DNA of 40,650 nucleotides from an uncultured Candidatus Saccharibacteria bacterium (GTDB lineage Bacteria; Patescibacteriota; Minisyncoccia; Minisyncoccales; PEYH01): NCBI GenBank assembly GCA_964422845.1, contig CAYRCT010000002.1, positions 1 to 40,650 of the forward strand, read 5' to 3'. Shown piece by piece: positions 34,250 to 40,650 of this stretch (position 1 is its first letter; each line of letters starts with the position of its first letter). The notes under the pieces were generated by a model. It saw only the letters and a program-made list of their open reading frames with translations, ran no database searches and was not told where the DNA came from. The position numbers and the translations under genes were made by a program.

Positions 34250-37039
34250 ATGTTTAAAATTATGAATAAAAAATTTAAGATATCAATTTTAATTGGTTTA
34301 GTTTTTGTTTTGGGTGTTTATTTTAATCCTTCAAGCGCTAAAGCGTTAACAGTTGAAGAGCTACAAACTATAATCGCTCAACTTCAAACTCAAATAGCCC
34401 AGCTCCAACAGAAGTTATTAGAGCAAGGAGGCGGCGAAGCGATTTGGTGCCATACTTTTAATGTTAATTTAAGATATGGTGATACTGGTTCAGAAGTAAA
34501 AACCCTCCAGACTGCTTTAGAAAAGGAAGGTTTTTCAATCTCCAGTTCTGAAAAATCAAGGTCCTATTTTGGCGATTTTACCGCTTCAGCAGTAGTTGAA
34601 TTCCAGGAAAAATACGCTTCAGATATTTTGTCTTCATGGGGGCTAAGACGCGGCACTGGTTATGTCGGGAACAGTACGCGTAAGAAATTGAATGAGATTT
34701 ATGGATGCGGAGTCGTAAAGCCCTATGTTAGAGTTCTTTCCCCTAACGGAGGAGAGAAGTGGATTAAAGGAAAGACATACGACGTTATTTGGAATACTAT
34801 TCAACTTAATAAATTTGATATAACTTTATGTACGGACATAGAAGGACTTGAAAGCTGTGTTCCGATTGTCTATGGCGTTGACGCTATGTCTGAAAAATAT
34901 GCATGGGAAGTATCTACAATTTCCGATACTTTTCCGGTAGAAAATCTAAGAATCAAAATTAAACAGACTGGCGATTCAGAAATAGCAGATTATAGCGACG
35001 ATTATTTCAGTATTGTTTCTGAAGTAGAAAGAAGTTTGTCGCCAGTGATAGATGGACTTTCAGGTCCTACCCAGCTTAAGGTTAAACAAACAGGGACTTG
35101 GACCATTAAATCCCATGACCCGGAAAATGGAATTCTGACTTATTCCGTAAATTGGGGGGATGAAGAACCAGTTTCTACCTTATTCCTTTGGCAGGAAGAG
35201 GAAATCAGTAGCACAACCTTCACTCACATCTACAGTAAAGTAGGGACCTATACTATTAAATTTACCGTAACCGATAACCATCAAAACACGGCAAAATCAT
35301 CAACAACTGTTAAAGTTGTTGTCGCGGGACAAAATGATCCTGTCTCTGGCACACTCTCGGTTGATAAGACAACAGCAAATGTTGGGGAGAATATTACACT
35401 CACAGTCACAGGACAAGACGATAATGGGCTTAATTCTCTATGGGCTTCTTATCGAGGGGATTGGCACGAGGAACAAGTTGATGGGACTGAAGCTACAAAA
35501 TCATTCACTTTTTCCGAATCAAAAGAAGGAACTTATACATATTATGGCTATGTACGTGGTTCTAAATCAAACGGAGATTCAAAGGACACATGGACAGAAC
35601 CGAACATGGTAAGGGTGATTATTGGAGAAGACATAGACTCTGGAGGAGACGATGCCACAGAAAACAATACTTGCTCTGACACAGATAAAGGAAACATTTA
35701 TGCTAAGGGATATTGTCAAGATTCTCGTGGAACAAATAATGGTTGGGATATTTGCTCTCCTGGAGGCGATTTATTAGAATATGGTTGTGTTGACTCGTCT
35801 TCTGGTCAAGTTTGTGAGACAAAAAATCATTCTTGTCCTAATGGATGCAAGGATGGGACTTGCATTAAAAATGAAGTAGAGCAAGAAGACCCTGTTTCCG
35901 GAACTATTTCCACAGATAGAACAAGGGCAAATGTTGGGGAAAACATTAAACTCACCGTAACAGGTCAAGACGATAATAGTCTTAATTCCTTGTGGGCTAA
36001 TTACCAAGGGGATTGGCACGAGGAAAAAGTCAATGGGACTGAAGCTACTAAATCGTTTATTTTTTCTGAATCAAAAGTAGGAACTTATAAATATTATGGT
36101 TATATATATGGTTCTAAGTTAAACGGGGATTCAGAAAATGCAAGGACAGAACCGGATATGGTAACGGTGATTATTGAAAGAGACACAGACTCTGGAGACT
36201 CTGGAGACTCTGGAGACTCTGGAGGAGGCTCTGGAACAGACTCTGGAGGAGACACAGATTCTGGAGGAGATGATGCCACAGAAAACAATATTTGCTCTGA
36301 TACAGACGGAGGATGCATTTATACTAAGGGATATTGTCATGATTCTCGTGGGATAAATAATGGTTGGGATGGGTGCTCTGATGAAGAAAATTTATTAGAA
36401 TTTGGTTGCGTTGACTCGTCTTCTGGTCAAGTTTGTGAGACAAAAAATTATTCTTGTCCTAATGGATGCAAGGATGGGGCTTGTATTAAAGATGAAGTAG
36501 AGCAAGAAGACCCTGTTTTAGGAACTCTTTCCATAAATAAGACAACAGCAAATGTTGGGGAGAATATTACACTCACAGTCACAGGACAAGACGATAATGG
36601 GCTTAATTCTCTATGGGCTTCTTATCGAGGGGATTGGCACGAGGAACAAGTTGATGGGACTGAAGCTACAAAATCATTCACTTTTTCCGAATCAAAAGAA
36701 GGAACTTATACATATTATGGCTATGTACGTGGTTCTAAATCAAACGGAGATTCAGAAGATACATGGCCAGAACCGGACATGGTAACGGTGATTATTAAAG
36801 AAGATACCGAGGAAGACATCATTTGCTCTGACACAGACAAAGGGAATATTTATGCTAAGGGATATTGTCATGATTCTCGTGGAATAAATAATGGTTGGGA
36901 TATTTGCTCTGGCGGAGACGATTTATTAGAATATAGTTGTGTTAATTCGTCTTCTGGTCAAGTTTGTGGGACAAATCATTATTCTTGTCCTAATGGATGT
37001 AAGGATGGGGCTTGCGAACTTATCGCTGTTACTATGTGA
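34250..37039 (+). CDS. giant secreted modular protein: coiled coil, PG-binding domain, beta-sandwich and PKD-like domains, Ig-like and 8-Cys repeat modules
   Basis: 929-aa ORF with a signal-like helix. The PG_binding_1-like motif is GSEVKTLQTALEKEGF...FTASAVVEFQ. The PKD-like motif is YSVNWGDEEP...HIYSKVGTYTIKFTVTDNHQN. It has 3 Ig-like and 3 Cys-rich modules. Confidence 0.8.
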   Translation: MFKIMNKKFKISILIGLVFVLGVYFNPSSAKALTVEELQTIIAQLQTQIAQLQQKLLEQGGGEAIWCHTFNVNLRYGDTGSEVKTLQTALEKEGFSISSSEKSRSYFGDFTASAVVEFQEKYASDILSSWGLRRGTGYVGNSTRKKLNEIYGCGVVKPYVRVLSPNGGEKWIKGKTYDVIWNTIQLNKFDITLCTDIEGLESCVPIVYGVDAMSEKYAWEVSTISDTFPVENLRIKIKQTGDSEIADYSDDYFSIVSEVERSLSPVIDGLSGPTQLKVKQTGTWTIKSHDPENGILTYSVNWGDEEPVSTLFLWQEEEISSTTFTHIYSKVGTYTIKFTVTDNHQNTAKSSTTVKVVVAGQNDPVSGTLSVDKTTANVGENITLTVTGQDDNGLNSLWASYRGDWHEEQVDGTEATKSFTFSESKEGTYTYYGYVRGSKSNGDSKDTWTEPNMVRVIIGEDIDSGGDDATENNTCSDTDKGNIYAKGYCQDSRGTNNGWDICSPGGDLLEYGCVDSSSGQVCETKNHSCPNGCKDGTCIKNEVEQEDPVSGTISTDRTRANVGENIKLTVTGQDDNSLNSLWANYQGDWHEEKVNGTEATKSFIFSESKVGTYKYYGYIYGSKLNGDSENARTEPDMVTVIIERDTDSGDSGDSGDSGGGSGTDSGGDTDSGGDDATENNICSDTDGGCIYTKGYCHDSRGINNGWDGCSDEENLLEFGCVDSSSGQVCETKNYSCPNGCKDGACIKDEVEQEDPVLGTLSINKTTANVGENITLTVTGQDDNGLNSLWASYRGDWHEEQVDGTEATKSFTFSESKEGTYTYYGYVRGSKSNGDSEDTWPEPDMVTVIIKEDTEEDIICSDTDKGNIYAKGYCHDSRGINNGWDICSGGDDLLEYSCVNSSSGQVCGTNHYSCPNGCKDGACELIAVTM
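35336..37015 (+). repeat. intragenic module array in gene 2
   Basis: Ig-like modules lie at 35336-35623, 35885-36178 and 36506-36796. The 8-Cys modules lie at 35672-35863, 36293-36484 and 36824-37015. GACTCTGGA occurs 4 times perfectly at 36188-36223. Confidence 0.85.
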
Positions 37040-37100
37040 TAAGAAAAGAATAATTTTTTTAAGATAATCAAAATTCGAATTTTTGCTAAAACAAAATTTA

Positions 37101-37125
37101 AAAGCCCCGTAATTGCGGGGCTTTT
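37101..37125. terminator. bidirectional terminator between giant gene 2 and rplT
   Basis: AAAGCCCCG-TAATTG-CGGGGCTTTT, with A and T runs on both sides. Confidence 0.7.
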
Positions 37126-37157
37126 AAGATATCGAGAATAATATTTAAAAATGGATT

Positions 37158-37511
37158 TTAAATATCTGTTTTTGTTTTCTCTATAATTTTCTCAAAGATT
37201 TTTGGTTCTTGATTTGCTAATTGAGATAGGATTTTTCTATCAAGCTCGATGTTTTTCTTTTTCATTTGTCCCATAAATTTACTATAAGAAATTCCATGTT
37301 TCCGACAAGCTGCATTAATTTGTATTTGCCATAGTTGCCTCCGGTCTCGTTTTTTTGTTCTTCTGTCCCTATAAGAATAAGACCAGGCATGCATTAATGC
37401 TTCTTTCGCCGCTTTATATTTATTTTTCCTTCCCCACTTAAAACCCTTAGCATATCTAAGTAGGTTTTTTCTTCTTTTATGAGCAGTTTTACCTCTTTTT
37501 ACTCTTGCCAT
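37158..37511 (-). CDS. rplT: 50S ribosomal protein L20
   Basis: MARVKRGKTAHKRRKNLLRYAKGFKWGRKN...RDRRTKKRDRRQLWQIQINAA. Confidence 0.95.
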   Translation of the reverse strand: MARVKRGKTAHKRRKNLLRYAKGFKWGRKNKYKAAKEALMHAWSYSYRDRRTKKRDRRQLWQIQINAACRKHGISYSKFMGQMKKKNIELDRKILSQLANQEPKIFEKIIEKTKTDI

Positions 37512-37513
37512 AA

Positions 37514-37714
37514 TTAAACAGACATTAATTTTTTAATTTTTTTTGTTTCTGGAGTAGAAAGCTTTACCCATCCTCGTTTATTCCTAATCGCCTTACCAGA
37601 TTTTTTAGATCGAAGATGGTCTTGTCCGGTAGCTCTTCGCATTATTTTTCCATTCTTAGTAATCTTAAATCTTTTTGTCAGCGATTTTCGAGTTTTGATT
37701 TTCGTTTTCTTCAT
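37514..37714 (-). CDS. rpmI: 50S ribosomal protein L35
   Basis: MKKTKIKTRKSLTKRFKITKNGKIMRR...HLRSKKS. Length is 66 aa. It sits between infC and rplT. Confidence 0.9.
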   Translation of the reverse strand: MKKTKIKTRKSLTKRFKITKNGKIMRRATGQDHLRSKKSGKAIRNKRGWVKLSTPETKKIKKLMSV

Positions 37715-38228
37715 GTTTTTTCCCCTTTTTAATAATAACCGTTATGGCGTTAGGTCGTCGTTTGCCTGATTGGTCGAGTTCTATTGGAATATATTGTTTA
37801 AGAATATTCAGAAATTTATCTATTTGTTCTTGAGCGTGACCTCGCAAGGCTCTCTCTCTTCCCCTTAGTAATAGATCTACTTTTATTTTATTCCCTTGTT
37901 CTAAGAATTTGTGTGCTTGCTTAGCCTTGGTTTCCAAATCATGAATTGAAGTGTTGAAACGCAGTCGAACTCCTTTAATTCCTCCGCCCTTGTGTTTCGA
38001 TTGTTTTCTTTCTTTTTTCTTTAACTGATAGAGATATTTGCCATATTCAATAATCTTACAGACCGGTGGATCTATCTTTTCAGTTACCTGCACTAAATCT
38101 AAATCGCGCTCTTGAGATATTCGGAGCGCTTCTTGCAGGGTAACCACTCCTTTTTGTTCTCCTTTTTCGTCAATCAAACGAACCTCTTTTGCTTTTATTC
38201 TATGGTTTGCTAATGGTTTTAAAGAAAT
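37665..38228 (-). CDS. infC: translation initiation factor IF-3, probable non-AUG (ATT) start
   Basis: EVRLIDEKGEQKGVV...LDLVQV is the IF-3 N-domain. The conserved NHRIKAK lies in frame upstream of the TTG at 38177, and the only plausible upstream initiator is the ATT at 38226-38228. Confidence 0.8.
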   Translation of the reverse strand: MSLKPLANHRIKAKEVRLIDEKGEQKGVVTLQEALRISQERDLDLVQVTEKIDPPVCKIIEYGKYLYQLKKKERKQSKHKGGGIKGVRLRFNTSIHDLETKAKQAHKFLEQGNKIKVDLLLRGRERALRGHAQEQIDKFLNILKQYIPIELDQSGKRRPNAITVIIKKGKKHEENENQNSKIADKKI

Positions 38229-38255
38229 AGTTTTTTTTAAATTTTTTTAACTTTG

Positions 38256-38594
38256 TGGAGGTGGCGAGGATGAACTCGCGTCCAAAAATTATTCCAAAGA
38301 TAATTCTACAAACTTATCCCAATTTTAATAAAACACAAAGGATAAACTGGGCAAAAATTTCTGTGTCTTTGACCCAAATTTTTTGATAAAATTTCAGGGC
38401 CCGGAAAAATTATCTATCTCGCAATATTACGCCAAAATTACTTAGCGAGAGTCAGTAATCTGACGGCATTAAGCGTAAGCCAATGCGGGTTTTTGAAATA
38501 AGTTAGCACTTATTTTTTTTCTCAAAGTTTTACGAGATTTGAGAATACTCGGTTTGCTTATCTTGTTCAAATTCCTGTCGAAACTTTCACCCCC
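38256..38594 (-). ncRNA. ssrA: tmRNA (SsrA), predicted tag ANLFQKPALAYA
   Basis: The minus strand starts GGGGGTGAAAGTTTCGACAGGAATTTG and ends GGACGCGAGTTCATCCTCGCCACCTCCA. These parallel the E. coli tmRNA ends, including a G3:U pair. The tag ORF GCTAAC...GCTTAA lies at 38469-38507, preceded by an A-run and TAAGT. smpB is adjacent. Confidence 0.85.
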
Positions 38595-39036
38595 GTAATT
38601 TAAGCTCTCTTTTTATTTCTTTATCGCTTGTTCGTTTTTTAAGAATTTCTCTCTTATCTCTTTTGCTTTTGTTTTTAGCTATTCCTATTTCTATCTTTAT
38701 TTTTCCTCGTTGAGTATACATTCTTAAGGGCACTAATGTCAAGCCTTTTATAGCAGATTTTCCGATTAAATGTTTAATTTCCGCTTTTTTCAAAAGTAAT
38801 TTACGACTTCTTTGCGAATCATAATCTGAAGGAGCATTTTTAGGTTGATAAGCAGGAATATCGGCGTTGAGCAAATATGGCTCTTCTTTTTTGAGAACCA
38901 CAAAAGCGCCCCGCAGATTAGCCCTACCAAGTTTTATTGATTTCACTTCTTGACCCGTAAGCACGATTCCAGCTTCAAAATTTTCTAGAATTTGATAATC
39001 GTGATAGGCCTTTTTATTTTCCGCTAATGGTTTCAT
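38587..39036 (-). CDS. smpB: SsrA-binding protein SmpB
   Basis: NKKAYHDYQILENFEAGIVLTGQEVKS...LVPLRMY...KIEIGIAKNKSKRDKRE. Confidence 0.92.
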   Translation of the reverse strand: MKPLAENKKAYHDYQILENFEAGIVLTGQEVKSIKLGRANLRGAFVVLKKEEPYLLNADIPAYQPKNAPSDYDSQRSRKLLLKKAEIKHLIGKSAIKGLTLVPLRMYTQRGKIKIEIGIAKNKSKRDKREILKKRTSDKEIKRELKLRG

Positions 39037-39132
39037 ACTTAATTAATCTTAGCACAAAAAAGAAAAATATTAAGTTTTCATTTTAATAAAAATAGGGTAA
39101 AATAGAAAAGAGAATAATTAATATATAAAAAT

Positions 39133-39945
39133 ATGAAAAAAAGAATAAAAAATGTTTGTGATTACAGACCGAAGATAATTTTTATTTTAGGAGCTGTTTT
39201 TGTTATTTTTTTAATTGCATTAACTATTTCTACAATAGTTGATGTTCAGAATAAAATTAAACAAGGAAAATATATAGGACAGGAGATTGAAACAAAAAAC
39301 ACTATTACAGTTTCCGGAACAGGAGAGATATATGCTAAACCAGATTTGGCTTTAATTTCGTTTTCTGTTCACAACGAAGCCAAGACCGTTTCTGCGGCGA
39401 TGGCAGAGAATACAGCAAACATGAATGCCATTATTATGATTATGAAATCTAAGGAGATTGAAGACAAAGATTTAAAAACCACAAGTTTTAATGTTTATCC
39501 TCGCTACGAATGGCAAAAAGAGCAGATTGAGATTTTACCTCAACCTGAAGGAAGGCGAGTTCTTGTTGGATATGAGATAAACCAATCTTTGCAAGTAAAA
39601 ATTAGAGACATGAATAAAATAGGGGAGATTATTAAGGGAGCAACCGATACTGGAGCTAGTCAAGTAGGAAATTTACAATTTACGATTGACGATCAGGATA
39701 GATTGAAAAAAGAAGCCCGTGAAGAGGCCATAGAAGAAGCGAAAGAGAAAGCAAAAGAGCTTGCTTCTCAATTGGGAGTTAAACTAGTTAGAATTACTAG
39801 TTTTGTCGAGGGCGGAGTTGCCCCTCCATATTATGATTATGCGTTTAAGGAATCCGCTATTTCTAGCGGCTCGCCGATGCCCCAAATAGAAACTGGAGAA
39901 AATAAAATAGAAATTTCGGTAAATATTATTTTTGAGATAGACTAA
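39133..39945 (+). CDS. SIMPL (DUF541) domain protein with N-terminal membrane anchor
   Basis: TVSGTGEIYAKPDLALISFSV...GYEINQSLQVKIRD...A pattern of the SIMPL family, with an N-terminal TM helix. Confidence 0.75.
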   Translation: MKKRIKNVCDYRPKIIFILGAVFVIFLIALTISTIVDVQNKIKQGKYIGQEIETKNTITVSGTGEIYAKPDLALISFSVHNEAKTVSAAMAENTANMNAIIMIMKSKEIEDKDLKTTSFNVYPRYEWQKEQIEILPQPEGRRVLVGYEINQSLQVKIRDMNKIGEIIKGATDTGASQVGNLQFTIDDQDRLKKEAREEAIEEAKEKAKELASQLGVKLVRITSFVEGGVAPPYYDYAFKESAISSGSPMPQIETGENKIEISVNIIFEID

Positions 39946-39973
39946 TCCCCCAAGGATTAAATTCGAAAATTTT

Positions 39974-40618
39974 ATGAGCATTAAAACAAAAATTATTATT
40001 TATATAGTTATTTCAGTAGCATTAAGTTGTTCTATTTTTTTCATATTTTTTCTTTCTAAATTAGGTTACCTTACGAAAGAAATATTAAAAAATCCTACCT
40101 CTCAATATGTGCTAATTCAGGGAGGATTTATTGCTACTTTAATTATTGTTTTAGGATTTCTTGTATCGTTTTTTTTGATTAAACACTTAATTGGGCCAAT
40201 CGAATTGTTTATAAAAAGCACCAGCGAAATTGCTAAGGGAAATTTGAATTATGAAATTCAGATAAAAAGCGAAGATGAACTCGGTCAATTGGCTAAAAAC
40301 TTTAATCAAATGACGAAGAGTTTAAAAAAGTCGCAAAAGCAACTAGAAGAAACAAGAGATATTCTAGAAGTAAAGGTTAAGGCCAGGACTCAAGAGCTTG
40401 AAGAACAAGCAGAAGGACTGGATGAGCAGGTTAAAATACGAACCATAGAGCTCCAAGAAAGGATTAACGAGCTAGAAAGATTTCACAAACTAACAGTTGG
40501 CAGAGAATTAAGAATGATTGAATTAAAACAAAAAATTCAAGAATTTGAAAAGCAAATTAAGCACTCTCTACAGAAAAAAGACGCTCAATCCTTGACAAAA
40601 AAAACTAAAAAGAAGTAA
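39974..40618 (+). CDS. membrane HAMP-domain plus coiled-coil signalling protein without output domain
   Basis: Two TM helices, then the HAMP segment IGPIELFIKSTSEIAKGNLNYEI...DELGQLAKNFNQM. A long coiled coil follows, containing HKLTVGRELRMIELKQKI. Confidence 0.6.
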   Translation: MSIKTKIIIYIVISVALSCSIFFIFFLSKLGYLTKEILKNPTSQYVLIQGGFIATLIIVLGFLVSFFLIKHLIGPIELFIKSTSEIAKGNLNYEIQIKSEDELGQLAKNFNQMTKSLKKSQKQLEETRDILEVKVKARTQELEEQAEGLDEQVKIRTIELQERINELERFHKLTVGRELRMIELKQKIQEFEKQIKHSLQKKDAQSLTKKTKKK

Positions 40619-40650
40619 AATAAAATATAATTATTAATATAAAAATTATG

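Noticed and set aside
32368-36785. Alternate-frame ORFs inside the giant genes, several with near-identical sequences (MLGRILHSQSQDKTIMGLILYG...).
   Set aside because: They recur only because the underlying coding DNA is repeated. The main frame carries the coherent domain and Cys pattern. These are frame artefacts, though they do confirm the nucleotide-level identity of the repeats.
32153-37015. Whether the repeat-rich region could be a CRISPR array or other non-coding tandem array.
   Set aside because: The repeats are 190-290 nt long, imperfect apart from two recent copies, lie in frame within long ORFs, and encode conserved Cys and Ig-like patterns. There is no short-repeat/unique-spacer periodicity and there are no cas genes.
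30170-37039. Diversity-generating retroelement targeting the variable modules.
   Set aside because: The window has no reverse transcriptase and no non-coding template repeat. By eye, differences between modules are not confined to adenine-templated positions. Duplication and gene conversion explain the pattern.
1-40650. Alternative genetic code, with UGA as a sense codon as in some candidate phyla.
   Set aside because: TGA terminates several genes exactly at conserved C-termini (smpB, the yebC-like gene, the AbiEii-like gene, giant gene 2). No conserved gene shows an internal in-frame TGA.
1-40650. Prophage, integrative element or IS element explaining the accessory genes.
   Set aside because: No integrase, transposase, recombinase, phage structural gene or terminal inverted repeat is visible. 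The tRNA-Arg has no flanking direct repeat that I could find.

Overview
AT-rich, very gene-dense bacterial window with about 50 genes. It uses the standard genetic code, since TGA closes several conserved C-termini. The gene content looks like a reduced Candidate Phyla Radiation / Patescibacteria-type genome; this is my inference, as no searches were possible. All product calls come from motif recognition by eye.

The backbone is housekeeping:
- Recombination and repair: ruvB-LTD-yebC-ruvC operon, a separate ruvA, PolX, and a stand-alone 5'-3' exonuclease.
- Translation: S20, L20, L35, IF-3, SmpB plus a tmRNA I found adjacent to it, tRNA-Arg(CCG), TsaE and GreA.
- Cell wall: class A PBP and MurE.
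- Signalling: a cytoplasmic PAS histidine kinase with two stand-alone receivers.
- Other: a PilB-type ATPase.

Several genes are archaeal/eukaryote-like: a divergent Elp3 / Trm9-like pair, a presenilin/SPP-type intramembrane protease, and a HUMPS-family enzyme.

The most unusual region is 30.1-37.1 kb. Two giant paralogous secreted proteins (1252 and 929 aa) combine peptidoglycan-binding domains, a gingipain-like His/Cys head or a PKD domain, and alternating ~97-aa Ig-like and 64-aa eight-cysteine modules. They contain perfect 159-nt and 218-nt internal DNA repeats. A visible tandem-duplication junction lies between them, where an rplT 3' fragment is fused to a polX 3' fragment.

Other points of interest:
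- A pyrimidine-rich, GC-rich island with a hairpin and terminator at 18986-19151.
- The smpB stop codon overlapping the tmRNA 5' end.
- A probable AUU start for infC.
- An AbiEii-type nucleotidyltransferase module translationally coupled to ruvA.

I saw no CRISPR array, rRNA, integrase or transposase.
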